The notes beneath the pieces are model-generated. The model did not search any database, had not been told where the DNA came from, and saw nothing but the letters and a program-made list of their open reading frames with translations. From Candidatus Omnitrophota bacterium (GTDB taxonomy: Bacteria > Omnitrophota > Gorgyraeia > Gygaellales > Profunditerraquicolaceae): a stretch of 64,000 bases of DNA. Position numbers and translations under genes: made by a program. The stretch spans positions 3,427 through 67,426 of the forward strand of contig JBAZNG010000001.1 in assembly GCA_041649385.1 (NCBI GenBank), read 5' to 3'. Position 1 is the first letter of the stretch. Each line of letters opens with the position of its first letter. Shown piece after piece: positions 24,567 through 34,834 of the stretch.

Positions 24567-24947
24567 TTACTTTAACTCTACTGTTGCGCCAGCTGCCTCT
24601 AACTTCTTTTTTATTTCAGCAGCTTCATCTTTAGTAGCGCCTTCTTTAATTGCTTTAGGAGCGGCGTCTACTAAGTCTTTGGCTTCTTTTAAGCCAAGGT
24701 TAGTGATGGTACGCACCTCTTTGATAACAGCGATCTTGTTTGCGCCGGCATTAGCTAATACGACTGAAAATACCGACTTTTCTTCTGCGGCAGCAGCAGG
24801 TGCACCGGCAGCAGCAGGTGCAGCTACCATAGCAGCATTTGCGCTGACACCGAATTTTTCCTCTAACGCTTTTACCAGATCAGCCAATTCCAGCACGCTC
24901 ATGCCTTCGATTGACTTGATCATTTCTTCCATTTTTGCAGTTGCCAT
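24567..24947 (-). CDS. rplL: 50S ribosomal protein L7/L12
   Basis: 126 aa, Ala-rich hinge, C-terminal domain. Confidence 0.93.
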   Translation of the reverse strand: MATAKMEEMIKSIEGMSVLELADLVKALEEKFGVSANAAMVAAPAAAGAPAAAAEEKSVFSVVLANAGANKIAVIKEVRTITNLGLKEAKDLVDAAPKAIKEGATKDEAAEIKKKLEAAGATVELK

Positions 24948-24987
24948 TTCTTCCTCCTTGATTTGCCTGATTCTACAGGAATCTTCT

Positions 24988-25518
24988 TTAACTTGCTGTT
25001 TTTTTCTGTCTTATTTGATCCAGGCAAACTACGAATTTCTTGTTCACCTGGTTTAGAACCATGACCAGCCTGACAATGGGCGAATTGATCATTCCTACAA
25101 CCTGCGCAATGAGTACTTCGCGCGAAGGCAGCTTGCTCATCGCCACGATATCTTCTTTTGCTAATAGCTTATCGTTAAGGTATCCGCCGGCAAGCACGAG
25201 CTTCTCTTTTTCTTTATTAAAATCACATAAGACCTTGGAAGCCTGGACAGGCTCATCCTTGAAAAATATCATCCCGCAGGGAGTTTCCACTGCCGTAACC
25301 AACTGCTCAAGACCTAAATCTTTCATTGCCCGGCGGGCTATGCTGTTCTTAACCACAAGCATGTCTACTCCGGTGCCTTTAAGCGACTTCCTTAAAATAC
25401 TCATATCCGGGCTGGAAACTCCTGAATATTTCACGATCAGGAATCCTTTGGAGGATTTGTAGATATCTTTTATGCGGCTGCCAGAAGTTTCTTTGATTAA
25501 AAGTCCGAGTTTTTTCAT
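24988..25518 (-). CDS. rplJ: 50S ribosomal protein L10
   Basis: 176 aa L10. Confidence 0.9.
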   Translation of the reverse strand: MKKLGLLIKETSGSRIKDIYKSSKGFLIVKYSGVSSPDMSILRKSLKGTGVDMLVVKNSIARRAMKDLGLEQLVTAVETPCGMIFFKDEPVQASKVLCDFNKEKEKLVLAGGYLNDKLLAKEDIVAMSKLPSREVLIAQVVGMINSPIVRLVMVLNQVNKKFVVCLDQIRQKKTAS

Positions 25519-25519
25519 C

Positions 25520-26200
25520 TTAAGAAGGTATCCTTAAACCTGGGTTCATGGAAACGGTAATAGAAGAACTCTTGATGAACCTGCCTTTAACGGAAGCGGG
25601 CTTTGCCTCATTGATCGCCTCGATCACCTTGGAAGCATTATCATTTAGCTGTTCTTCACTGAAAGATATCTTGCCTACGGATAAATGGATACCACCCTGT
25701 TTGTCCACGCGGAACTCCACTTTTCCCTTACGCACATCTTCTATCGCCTTTACGATATCATTGGTCACTGTGCCTGTTTTAGGGCTGGGCATCAGGCCGC
25801 GCGGGCCCAGTACCTTGCCCAGTTTGCTTAAATCCTTCATCATATCAGGGGTGGCGATAGAACAATCAAAATCAAGGAAACCGCCGGCAACCTTGTCGAT
25901 CAGTTCCATGCCGCCGACAAAATCAGCTTTTGCTTCACGCGCCAGGCGCTCATGCTCGCCTTTGCAGAATACGGCAACTTTGATCTTCTTGCCTGTTCCG
26001 TGAGGCAATACCACAGTTCCACGCACCATCTGATCGCTCTTTTTAGTATCCACGCTTAAATTAAAATGCAGATCTACGGAACTGTCAAACTTAGGCTTAG
26101 GCAGCTTCTTAAGCAAAGCGATCGCTTCCTTCAACTGGTAAACTTTATCCACTTCAACTTGTTTTAAGGCTTCCTTATATCTTTTACTTTGTGTTTTCAT
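25520..26200 (-). CDS. rplA: 50S ribosomal protein L1
   Basis: 226 aa L1. Confidence 0.93.
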   Translation of the reverse strand: MKTQSKRYKEALKQVEVDKVYQLKEAIALLKKLPKPKFDSSVDLHFNLSVDTKKSDQMVRGTVVLPHGTGKKIKVAVFCKGEHERLAREAKADFVGGMELIDKVAGGFLDFDCSIATPDMMKDLSKLGKVLGPRGLMPSPKTGTVTNDIVKAIEDVRKGKVEFRVDKQGGIHLSVGKISFSEEQLNDNASKVIEAINEAKPASVKGRFIKSSSITVSMNPGLRIPS

Positions 26201-26203
26201 TTT

Positions 26204-26629
26204 TTACCCTTCAACGGCAATGCCCATGCTGTGGGCTGTGCCTTCAATTATTTTAATTGCCTTCACCAGGCTGTCCGTATTCAAATCCGGCAGCTTTAAC
26301 TGCGCGATCTCCTCAACCTGTTTTTTTGTTACCTTACCGATCGTCTCCTTGCCGCTTGTGCCGGAGGCTTTGGCAAGATTGGCCGCGCGCTTAAGCAACA
26401 CTGAAGATGGCGGGCTCTTTATAATAAAGGTAAAGGTCCTGTCCTCAAAAACCGAGATGACTACAGGTAAGATCAGCCCGTCACGGCCCTTGGTCTGGTC
26501 GTTAAACTGTTTACAGAACTGCATAATATTAACGCCATGCTGGCCTAAAGCAGGCCCTACCGGCGGGGCGGGATTCGCCTGCGCTGCCGGGACATGTAAT
26601 TTAATTTGTGCTTTGATCGCTTTTGCCAT
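26204..26629 (-). CDS. rplK: 50S ribosomal protein L11
   Basis: 141 aa, PPVGPALG motif. Confidence 0.94.
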   Translation of the reverse strand: MAKAIKAQIKLHVPAAQANPAPPVGPALGQHGVNIMQFCKQFNDQTKGRDGLILPVVISVFEDRTFTFIIKSPPSSVLLKRAANLAKASGTSGKETIGKVTKKQVEEIAQLKLPDLNTDSLVKAIKIIEGTAHSMGIAVEG

Positions 26630-26631
26630 GG

Positions 26632-27159
26632 TTACACCTTTTCCACTTGCCAGTATTCCAGCTCTACCGGCGTTGAACGGCCGAATATGGATATGCTGAC
26701 CTTGATTTTGCCTTTTTCAGGATAAACTTCTTCAATAATACCGTTAAAATTCAGGAATGGCCCTTCATTGACTCTTACTTGTTCATCTTTCTGAAAAACT
26801 ATCTTTGGGCTGGGTTTTGCTGCGGTTTCTTTGGTACGTTTAAGGATATTGTCTACTTCTTCCTGGGGCAGGGGTACGGGCTTTTTTCCTAAACCGATAA
26901 ACCCGGTCACGCCGGGTGAATTCTTCACAAAAAGGTATGTCTGTTCGTTAAGCTGCATCTCCACTAAAAGATAACCCGGGAAGAATTTCCTCTGGGTGAT
27001 CTTCTTCTTGCCGGAACGGACCTCCGAGATCTGCTCAGTAGGAATGACAACGCTGGAGATCAACTCCATCATGCCTTCGGAAGCGATCTTCTTCTCCAGG
27101 GAGGTTTTTACTTTCTCTTCCAAGCCAGTTTGTGCGTGAACCACATACCACTTCTTCAT
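26632..27159 (-). CDS. nusG: transcription termination/antitermination factor NusG
   Basis: 175 aa, NGN + KOW domains. Confidence 0.92.
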   Translation of the reverse strand: MKKWYVVHAQTGLEEKVKTSLEKKIASEGMMELISSVVIPTEQISEVRSGKKKITQRKFFPGYLLVEMQLNEQTYLFVKNSPGVTGFIGLGKKPVPLPQEEVDNILKRTKETAAKPSPKIVFQKDEQVRVNEGPFLNFNGIIEEVYPEKGKIKVSISIFGRSTPVELEYWQVEKV

Positions 27160-27347
27160 CTGAATACTAACCTCAAAAATTTAGATAACCCTAAATCCAC
27201 TATCCCGATAAAAATAGCCATGATAATCGTCACGGTTATCACCAGGACCGTGGAAGCCAAAAGCTCTTTGCGCGTTGACCAGGCAACTTTGCTTAATTCT
27301 GCGCGGACTTCCCTTAAAAAATTAACAGGTTTGGCGATAATATTCAT
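27156..27347 (-). CDS. secE: preprotein translocase subunit SecE
   Basis: 63 aa, single TM helix, precedes nusG. Confidence 0.85.
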   Translation of the reverse strand: MNIIAKPVNFLREVRAELSKVAWSTRKELLASTVLVITVTIIMAIFIGIVDLGLSKFLRLVFR

Positions 27348-27377
27348 CTTAACCTTTTATTTTGCCGCCTCAATATA

Positions 27378-27448
27378 CAGGAGCGGCAGGACTTGAACCT
27401 GCAGTCACGGTTTTGGAGACCGTTGGTTTGCCATTAACCGACGCCCCT
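27378..27448 (-). tRNA. trnW: tRNA-Trp (anticodon CCA)
   Basis: Minus-strand cloverleaf AGGGGCG...ACGGT-CUCCAAA-ACCGT...GCAGG-TTCAAGT-CCTGC-CGCTCCT; classic position upstream of secE. Confidence 0.88.
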
Positions 27449-27569
27449 AAAGTTATTTATCCCTGGATCCTGGCTTAAACCGCCTGATGGTCTTCAGCAT
27501 TTTCAGGCATTCGCCAGGATAAATTAACACATTATCCTACTCACACTTTCGTGTAAGCAAGTTAAGCGT

Positions 27570-27719
27570 TTATTTAATCTCCTTATGCGGGGTATGCTTA
27601 TGACAGGCGTTGCAGAACTTGCTCATTTCAAGTCTATCCTGATGCAACTTTTTATTCTTCGTCGTCGTGTAATTTCTTTTCTTGCAAACCGTACACTCTA
27701 AAGTGATTGTTTCGCGCAT
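27570..27719 (-). CDS. rpmG: 50S ribosomal protein L33 (49 aa; the ORF-track entry is over-extended into the tRNA)
   Basis: [24 protein letters not shown]...[14 protein letters not shown] zinc ribbon; internal Met chosen as start. Confidence 0.85.
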   Translation of the reverse strand: MRETITLECTVCKKRNYTTTKNKKLHQDRLEMSKFCNACHKHTPHKEIK

Positions 27720-27721
27720 AT

Positions 27722-27793
27722 TTATTCTTAAGCTGGAGACGAGAATTGAACTCGTGACCCCGTCCTTACCAAGGACGTGCTCTGCCAACTGAG
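27722..27793 (-). tRNA. trnT: tRNA-Thr (anticodon GGT)
   Basis: GCTGGAGTAGCTCAGTTGGCAGAGC...CGTCC-TTGGTAA-GGACG...GAGTTCAATTCTCGTCTCCAGC. Confidence 0.9.
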
Positions 27794-27939
27794 CTACTCC
27801 AGCAGCAAGCACCGTGAGTCCTCAGCAAATTAATAATATAAAAAAACCCCACCTTTTAAGAACCCAAAAACCCGCTCTTAAAATCAGTAATTTAGCTTAA
27901 ATTATGCTGCAATTACGTGGGAAATCTTCAGAGTGAATG

Positions 27940-27968
27940 AGTATATATTAAAGATGTATTCTTGTCAA
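27940..27968 (-). promoter_or_regulatory. Candidate sigma70 promoter (TTGACA-17-TATACT) directed at tRNA-Thr/rpmG and possibly the whole downstream super-operon
   Basis: Minus-strand TTGACAagaatacatctttaataTATACT immediately after the rsmA stop. Confidence 0.5.
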
Positions 27969-27975
27969 CCTTTTT

Positions 27976-28779
27976 TTAGCTTTTTTTTACAAGGTTGGCT
28001 AAAAGGGCAAAATCCTTAAGCTCCAACTCTTCCGGGCGGATGTTCTTGCTAAAGCCGGAGCGGTTAAAAAAAGCTTCCAGGCTCTCCTCTGCGATAATAC
28101 CTTCCAGGCTGTTTTTTAAGGTCTTCCTCCTCTTGTTGAACGAGCCGCGGATGACCTTAAAGAACAACTCCTCATCGTTAACCTGGCAAGGGCTTTTGTC
28201 TCTTACTTTGAGCATTAAAAATGATGAATCAACTTTGGGGGCCGGGAAAAATGAATTCCTCTTAATATTGAACAATAGCTCCGTTTTCAGGTAGTACTGC
28301 GCAAAACAACTAAGCGAGCCATAAACTTTACTTCCCGGGCAGGCAACTAACCGTTGTGCATACTCCTTCTGCACAGTGATGAAGATCTCGCTTATCAAAT
28401 CACGGTAATTTATAAAATACTCAATCAGGGGGCTGGATATATAATAAGGGATATTGCCAAATACCTTGATCTTTCCCGTAACTTTTTCTTTGGCTAAAAA
28501 TTCCCTTAAATTTATCTTTAAGATATCCCCCCTCATTAGCTGGCAATTGGCGCAGGCGCAAAGCGCTGATTCCAGGTGCGCGTAAAGCCGTTTATCAATC
28601 TCAACAGCGTATAATTTATTTACCAACCCCGAAAATATGGCGGTGAGCTCTCCTTTGCCTGAACCAACCTCAAGCAAGGTATCTTTAGCGGAAAAAGAAC
28701 AATTAGAGACGATCTTATTGCGTATATTCTTATCGACCAGGAAATTCTGGCCTAGGCTTTTTTTAGGTTTTGAGTGCAT
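27976..28779 (-). CDS. rsmA: 16S rRNA (adenine1518/1519-N6)-dimethyltransferase
   Basis: 267 aa, SLGQNFL and VGSGKGELT SAM motifs. Confidence 0.92.
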   Translation of the reverse strand: MHSKPKKSLGQNFLVDKNIRNKIVSNCSFSAKDTLLEVGSGKGELTAIFSGLVNKLYAVEIDKRLYAHLESALCACANCQLMRGDILKINLREFLAKEKVTGKIKVFGNIPYYISSPLIEYFINYRDLISEIFITVQKEYAQRLVACPGSKVYGSLSCFAQYYLKTELLFNIKRNSFFPAPKVDSSFLMLKVRDKSPCQVNDEELFFKVIRGSFNKRRKTLKNSLEGIIAEESLEAFFNRSGFSKNIRPEELELKDFALLANLVKKS

Positions 28780-29747
28780 TTTACGGCTAATTTAACTGCT
28801 GCGATAAAAGATGACGGGTTAGCTGACTTTGCGCAATCCTGCGCAATATCAAAAGCAGTGCCATGCAGCGGGGAAGTACGCACAAAAGGAAGGCCGAGGG
28901 TCAGGTTGACTCCGCTGTCAAGGCCGGTCAATTTCAACGGTATCAGGGCCTGGTCATGGTAAGCGGCAACTACGCAATCGAACTGCCGGCAATACGCTTT
29001 ATATATCGCTGCGTCCGCTGAAAACGGGCCGGATATGCTGGCTCCTTTAATTTTATTCTTCAGGCTTTTGATCGCCGGGATGATCACCTTGTTCTCTTCA
29101 TCTCCGATAACGCCGTTATCCGAAGCATGGGGATTCAACCCGCAGATGACAAACTTAGGGTGTTTAAGCAAAAAAAGTGCTTTTAGCCCAGAAGCGGTCA
29201 AGCGTATGGTTTTCTGGATCAAGCGGCTGTTCAAATAAGAGGCGACGTTTTTTAAAGGAATATGCCTGGATAACAGGCAAAATTTAAGGTGGTCGTTCAA
29301 TAAAAGCATCACCGTATCCGGGCTATGGCATTTACGGCTTAAGTACTCGGTATGCCCGGAGACCTTGAAGCCGGCAAGGTTCACCGCTTCCTTGGATATC
29401 GGTGCGGTTACCAAACAATCAAGTTTGCCCTCTCGCAATAAAGCTATCGCCTTATCCAGATATTCAATTGAGGCCTTGCCGTATTCAGCTTTAACCTTGC
29501 CAAAGGAAAACTTCTTGTGGTTTAAATTATCTATGTCGATAAGATGTACGGGTGGTCTAAATGGCCTTGCGGATGGCAAAGTTTTCTTGAGGACAAAACC
29601 GCTTCCGATAACCGTAAATTCCGCAAAACCCTCAAGCTGCTTGAGCGCCTTTATAACTATGGCTGGGCCGATACCTGCAGGATCGCCTATGGTAAGGCCG
29701 ACTTTAACTGCCGGTGATCTTGATGTAAGAACGTTTTTTGATTTCAT
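28752..29747 (-). CDS. pdxA: 4-hydroxythreonine-4-phosphate dehydrogenase
   Basis: 331 aa PdxA family; overlaps rsmA by 28 nt, conserved surA-pdxA-rsmA order. Confidence 0.88.
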   Translation of the reverse strand: MKSKNVLTSRSPAVKVGLTIGDPAGIGPAIVIKALKQLEGFAEFTVIGSGFVLKKTLPSARPFRPPVHLIDIDNLNHKKFSFGKVKAEYGKASIEYLDKAIALLREGKLDCLVTAPISKEAVNLAGFKVSGHTEYLSRKCHSPDTVMLLLNDHLKFCLLSRHIPLKNVASYLNSRLIQKTIRLTASGLKALFLLKHPKFVICGLNPHASDNGVIGDEENKVIIPAIKSLKNKIKGASISGPFSADAAIYKAYCRQFDCVVAAYHDQALIPLKLTGLDSGVNLTLGLPFVRTSPLHGTAFDIAQDCAKSANPSSFIAAVKLAVKCTQNLKKA

Positions 29748-30660
29748 CCAACCACCGGGTCAATCCTTCCTGCATTTTCATTTCATATAAAAACGAGTGT
29801 ATCCTGCTTTGTGCCTGAGGCAGGCTCAACTGCTGGCTGCCGATAATATTATTCAACCTGAATATATAATACTGGTTGTCTATCTTGATTGGGTTGGAGA
29901 CCTCGGAGATCCCCAGCTTAAAAACCACCCCCTGTATCTCTTTACGCAGCTCATCTCCCAGGGAGGCGTTCATCTTGCTGGCCCTGAAAGGGTAAAGCCT
30001 GGCCAGGTCTTCGGGCTTTTTACCCAGCCTGAGATTATAGGCCAGGGTTTTTGCCAGGTTATCATCATCCAGTGAAAAGACATCCAGTTCGCGTGTTTCC
30101 GGCTTTAAGAACTCCCTTTTATGCTGCTCATAGAAGCTAGTGATATCATCCGGACCAATGACTATCTTTGAACGCACCTTGGCGTCCACGATAGCGAACA
30201 TCAAGAACTGTTCGCGGATCTTATTCTCCAGGTCCGCCGGCACTAAACCCTGTTTAGCCAGGTCCAACTCCAGGGCATTATCCGAAGAGTAACGTTTCTT
30301 GATATCGGCGATCTTGGCTTTGACCCTGTTCTGGTCTATGATCACTTTCTCCTTCTTGGCTTCCTGAAGGATGAGCCGGTCCTCAATCAGGCGATCCAGC
30401 AGATCCATTTTTACCTGCTGAAGCTTGCTCTCCAGTTCCTTGCCGCTGTAATCTTTGGAATACTGCATGCGCATAAAGTTAAAAAAATCGTTTAGATCCT
30501 TTTGAGTGATTATCTCATTATTCACCACAGCCACCACAGCTTCCTTGGCATAAGCATCCGGCAGATACACTTTGCCGGTAAAATCCGTTAGGCCAAAGGA
30601 GAAAGCGATGAAAAGCAGGAAAAATAAAAAGTGCCTTTTAATTTTAGCTATGCGCTGCAT
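29704..30660 (-). CDS. SurA-like periplasmic chaperone with degenerate parvulin-type PPIase domain
   Basis: 318 aa, signal peptide, SurA N-domain-like helical region; synteny with pdxA-rsmA. Confidence 0.65.
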   Translation of the reverse strand: MQRIAKIKRHFLFFLLFIAFSFGLTDFTGKVYLPDAYAKEAVVAVVNNEIITQKDLNDFFNFMRMQYSKDYSGKELESKLQQVKMDLLDRLIEDRLILQEAKKEKVIIDQNRVKAKIADIKKRYSSDNALELDLAKQGLVPADLENKIREQFLMFAIVDAKVRSKIVIGPDDITSFYEQHKREFLKPETRELDVFSLDDDNLAKTLAYNLRLGKKPEDLARLYPFRASKMNASLGDELRKEIQGVVFKLGISEVSNPIKIDNQYYIFRLNNIIGSQQLSLPQAQSRIHSFLYEMKMQEGLTRWLDEIKKRSYIKITGS

Positions 30661-32584
30661 TCAGGACTCCCGTCTTTTTAAAATTATTGATTGCTTCCTT
30701 AAGCAACCGGCAATAAAGGTCAAAACCCACCGCGGCGATGAACCCATGCTGCTGTTGCCCGAGAAGATTGCCTGCGCCGCGGATCTCCAGATCCTCCATT
30801 GAGATGTTGAACCCGGCGCCTAAACCGCTGTGCTCATCAATGGCTTTAAGCCTTTTGCGACCGTCAGAATCCAAGGCCTCTTTGCGGCTGAACATGAAAT
30901 ATGCGTAGGCGCTGCGGTTAAACCTGCCGACCCTGCCGCGCAACTGATGCAAATCCGCCAAACCAAAATGTTCCGCGCTGTTGACAATGATCGTATTGGC
31001 ATTGGGTATATCTATGCCCGATTCAATGATCATTGTTGAAACCAAAACATCGATTGAGCCAGAGATAAAATCCGACATCACCTTTTCCAGGACCTTCGCC
31101 GGCATCTGGCCGTGCGCTATGGCGATTTTGAGCCCCGCGGGCAAACCTTGCGCGACCTTGTTTTTGACCTTCTCCAGGTCGAGTATCCGGTTATGCAGAA
31201 AAAATACCTGGCCCTTACGGTTAAGCTCGCGTTTTATCGCCTGATGCACCAGATCCAGGTCATATTCTACCACAATCGTCTGTATAGGCAACCTATTTTG
31301 GGGCGGGGTATTGATCACCGAGAAATCCCTGGCTCCCATCAGGCTCATATATAAAGTGCGCGGTATAGGGGTCGCGGTAAGCACAAGCACATCCGTGGTC
31401 AGTTTAAGTTTCTTCAGCTTCTCTTTTGCCGTTACGCCAAAACGCTGTTCTTCATCAACGATGACCAGGCCCAGGTCCTTGAATACAACATCATCAGATA
31501 AAAGCCTGTGCGTTCCAATAACGATGTCCACCCTTCCTTCCTGTAACCTCTTGAGTATTTCTTTCTGCTCGCGGATGGTCTTAAAACGGCATAATAATTC
31601 AACGTTCACCGCAAAATCCTTAAGCCGGGCGCTGAAATTCTGGTAGTGCTGCTCTGCCAATATCGTGGTCGGCACTAAATAAGCTACCTGTTTATTGTCC
31701 ATTACCGCCTTAAAAGCCGCGCGCATAGCGACTTCTGTTTTGCCATAGCCTACGTCACCGCAAAGCAGGCGGTCCATCGGCCTGCCGCTTTCCATATCCT
31801 GTTTGACTTCCAAAGTAGCCTTAACCTGGTCAGGGGTCTCAGTGTAAGGGAAAGTTTTCTCAAAATCCGCCTGCCACTGGGTATCGCTGGAAAATTTAAA
31901 ACCCCCCATCGCTAAACGCATCGCCTGCAAAGTCAAGAGGTCCCAGGCCATCTTCTGGATGCCGCGGCGCGTGCGTTCCTTTGTCCTTTTCCATTCTCCT
32001 GAACCTAAACGGTAAAGTTTCGGCCGGCGCGCGGCAAAAGCGATATATTTTTGCACAAGGTGCATTGTTTCTACGGGGACGTATAATTTCTCCTTGAGGT
32101 CATATTCAATGACCAGATGGTTAACGAACTTATCCTGGCGCTTTATTCTCTCAAATCCCAGGAACCTGCCTACCCCGTGCTGGCTGTGCACAACATAATC
32201 ACCAACGCCGATATCCACAAAATTATTCAAAGGGAACTCTTCAGTAAAATCAAAATTCTTCGTTGGCGGTGATTTCTTAAACGGCAGGATGATCGCTATA
32301 CGATGCTGCCAAAGCGGCTGGCCGCTGGAAGGGTTAAAACTTCTTAAGGAAACCAGGATATCGTTATCCAACTCTAAACGGATAGGCAGCTCAAACGAAC
32401 CGGGGAAGATATCCACAACCGAGCCGCGGCTGGCAAAATCACCGGGTTCAGCTACAAGAGACTGCCGTTTATAGCCAAATGCCACTAAATCAGCAAAAAG
32501 CCTCTCTAATTCGATACTTTGTCCGGAAAAAAATTTCAGGGATTTAAACATCGCTATGGTCAAGGCAAAGCCAGACAGTTGCAT
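30644..32584 (-). CDS. mfd: transcription-repair coupling factor, short form lacking the N-terminal UvrB-homology module
   Basis: 646 aa; CarD/TRCF RNAP-interaction domain (VVHSQHGVGRFLG) + SF2 helicase motifs (GYGKTEVA, DEEQRFGV). Confidence 0.8.
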   Translation of the reverse strand: MQLSGFALTIAMFKSLKFFSGQSIELERLFADLVAFGYKRQSLVAEPGDFASRGSVVDIFPGSFELPIRLELDNDILVSLRSFNPSSGQPLWQHRIAIILPFKKSPPTKNFDFTEEFPLNNFVDIGVGDYVVHSQHGVGRFLGFERIKRQDKFVNHLVIEYDLKEKLYVPVETMHLVQKYIAFAARRPKLYRLGSGEWKRTKERTRRGIQKMAWDLLTLQAMRLAMGGFKFSSDTQWQADFEKTFPYTETPDQVKATLEVKQDMESGRPMDRLLCGDVGYGKTEVAMRAAFKAVMDNKQVAYLVPTTILAEQHYQNFSARLKDFAVNVELLCRFKTIREQKEILKRLQEGRVDIVIGTHRLLSDDVVFKDLGLVIVDEEQRFGVTAKEKLKKLKLTTDVLVLTATPIPRTLYMSLMGARDFSVINTPPQNRLPIQTIVVEYDLDLVHQAIKRELNRKGQVFFLHNRILDLEKVKNKVAQGLPAGLKIAIAHGQMPAKVLEKVMSDFISGSIDVLVSTMIIESGIDIPNANTIIVNSAEHFGLADLHQLRGRVGRFNRSAYAYFMFSRKEALDSDGRKRLKAIDEHSGLGAGFNISMEDLEIRGAGNLLGQQQHGFIAAVGFDLYCRLLKEAINNFKKTGVLNAAHS

Positions 32585-32608
32585 AAACTGCCTGGCTTGC
32601 GCCTTATC

Positions 32609-34813
32609 TTATCTGGAACCTTTGCGGCTCCAGGAAAGCACTAATGGGGAGGCGATAAAAACCGTTGAATACACGCCGGAGATAAAGCCGACGATCAAAG
32701 CAAAAGCAAAATTGCTTAAAACTTCCCCTCCGAATAAAAAGATGGCGATGACCACAAATAGAGTCACCCCGGAGGTAAGTAATGTCCTGGCAAGCGTCTG
32801 GTTAACGCTTAAGTTGATCAACTCACGTAAAGAAAGTTTACGGTAAAGCCTGGCATTCTCACGCACACGGTCGTAAATAACTATCGTATCGTTAATGGAA
32901 AACCCGATGATCGTTAAAAACGCTGTGATACTTAAAAGATCTATCTGGCGGTTAGTCATCGCCATGAATCCCATTGTAACCAGAAGATCGTGCAAAAGCG
33001 CGACTACACCGGCGGCGGCGAAATTAAAATGCTTGAACCTGAAAGAAACATAGATAAGTATGCCGATGACCGCCCAGAACAGCGCTTTAAGGGCTTTTTC
33101 CTTAAGATGTTTTCCGGCAACCGGGCCAACCCTCTCTATCCTTAAAGTTTGCACATCCTGATCCGGAAAAGCCTGTTTCAGCTTATCTGTCAGGATAATG
33201 TTTTTATCTTCCGCCGTGCGGATAAGTATCGCTTTAGGATTATCCTTAAACTGCTGGATAGAAGCATCAGACATATTTATACCCTTAAGCACCTGGCGTA
33301 CCTTATCGATCTCTGGCGCGGATTTAAAACTATATTCCTGCAGCTGCCCTCCGGCAAAATCAATACCGTATACCTGGCTTCCTTTCTTAAAATATGAGAA
33401 TAACCCGGCCGTGATCACGATCACTGATAACGCATAGAAAATATTCCTTTTGGAGATAAAATCAATTTTCGTCTCACCGATAAGCTTAAGCATCGGCAAG
33501 GAATTCTTTATCCAGCCTAAGCCTAAGAGGACCTCAAATATCACGCGCGTAACGACTATCGCGCTGAACATGCTGGCGATCAAACCAATGGTCAAAGTGA
33601 CCGCGAAACCGCGGATAGGCCCGGTACCAAACTGAAATAGTAAAAATGCCGCGATAAGCGTAGTAAGGTTTGAGTCAAATATCGCGCTGAAGGCGCGGGC
33701 ATAACCGTTATTAATGGCTAAACGCAGGCTCCTGCCGGCATTCAGCTCTTCTCTGATACGCTCATTGATCAAGATATTCGCGTCCACCGCCATGCCCAGA
33801 GATAAAGCTATGCCGGCGATACCAGGCAAAGTCAATGTGGCGGATACCCCGGAAAAAAGCACAGGCAGAGCCCCTAATCCGCCTAAAATCATTAAAAAGT
33901 TAAGCAGCAACGCTATATTGCTGATCACGCCTGCCAATAGATAATAGACGGCCATAAAAATAAAAACCGCGGCCGCCCCGATCAAACTGGCTTTTACGCC
34001 TTTATTAATGGAATCCTGCCCCAATAAAGGCCCGATAGTCCTTTCTTCCTCAATATGCATGGGCGCCGGTAATGCGCCTACCCTTAAGATCAAAGCCAGG
34101 TCCTGCGCGCTTTGCGCGTCAAAACGGCCGGTGATCACTGCTTCGCCAGAAGGTATCGCCTCCCTGATACGCGGCGCTGACTGCACCTTACCGTCTAAAA
34201 CTATAGCCAGGCGCCGGCCCACATTGCTGGCCGTAATCTGCGCAAACTTTTGCGCCCCTTCTGCGTTAAATTGCAAAGCGACGATCGGCTCATTAAACTG
34301 GCTCTGGTCAAAACGCACAGAAGCGTTGGTAAGCGAATCGCCGACTAAAACTGTTTTACTCTCCAGGAGCAAAGACTCATTATCGTCAGTAATATGTTTT
34401 AACTCATAGCCTTCAGGCACCGTGCCAGCCAAAGCTGCCCGGAGCTTCTCCGGATCATCGCTGACAAGCTTGAACTCCAGCATCGCGGTCTTGCCGATTA
34501 TATCAATAGCGCGCTGGCGGTCCGTAACCCCGGGTAATTGCACGACGATCTCATCATCGCCCTGTTTTTGTATGGAAGTCTCCCTTACCCCGAACTCATC
34601 GATCCGGTTACGGATAACCTCAACCGCCCTGTCGCAGGCATCAAGTTTTGCCTGGCCGGTAAGGTGGCTTGTGTCTATCTTAAGTAATAAGTGCATCCCG
34701 CCCTGAAGGTCAAGGCCTAAATTAATGCGCTTATTCAAAGGAAAACTGAAATACACGCAACCGATTACCACGCCTAAGATCAGCAATATCCTGTAAAGAA
34801 GGTTCCTCTTCAT
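32609..34813 (-). CDS. secDF: protein translocase subunit SecDF (fused)
   Basis: 734 aa, 12 TM, SecD and SecF halves in one ORF. Confidence 0.9.
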   Translation of the reverse strand: MKRNLLYRILLILGVVIGCVYFSFPLNKRINLGLDLQGGMHLLLKIDTSHLTGQAKLDACDRAVEVIRNRIDEFGVRETSIQKQGDDEIVVQLPGVTDRQRAIDIIGKTAMLEFKLVSDDPEKLRAALAGTVPEGYELKHITDDNESLLLESKTVLVGDSLTNASVRFDQSQFNEPIVALQFNAEGAQKFAQITASNVGRRLAIVLDGKVQSAPRIREAIPSGEAVITGRFDAQSAQDLALILRVGALPAPMHIEEERTIGPLLGQDSINKGVKASLIGAAAVFIFMAVYYLLAGVISNIALLLNFLMILGGLGALPVLFSGVSATLTLPGIAGIALSLGMAVDANILINERIREELNAGRSLRLAINNGYARAFSAIFDSNLTTLIAAFLLFQFGTGPIRGFAVTLTIGLIASMFSAIVVTRVIFEVLLGLGWIKNSLPMLKLIGETKIDFISKRNIFYALSVIVITAGLFSYFKKGSQVYGIDFAGGQLQEYSFKSAPEIDKVRQVLKGINMSDASIQQFKDNPKAILIRTAEDKNIILTDKLKQAFPDQDVQTLRIERVGPVAGKHLKEKALKALFWAVIGILIYVSFRFKHFNFAAAGVVALLHDLLVTMGFMAMTNRQIDLLSITAFLTIIGFSINDTIVIYDRVRENARLYRKLSLRELINLSVNQTLARTLLTSGVTLFVVIAIFLFGGEVLSNFAFALIVGFISGVYSTVFIASPLVLSWSRKGSR

Positions 34814-34834
34814 GGCCTATTTTATCCTTATTGT

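Noticed and set aside
27570-27812. 80 aa version of rpmG from the ORF track
   Set aside because: The N-terminal 31 codons run through tRNA-Thr. The conserved L33 begins at the internal Met (MRETITLEC...), giving 27570-27719.
27964-27997. 7 bp stem / 18 nt A-rich loop hairpin spanning the rsmA stop codon
   Set aside because: The loop is too large and there is no U-tract, so it is not a convincing terminator. It overlaps the proposed -35 box, so it was not called as a separate feature.
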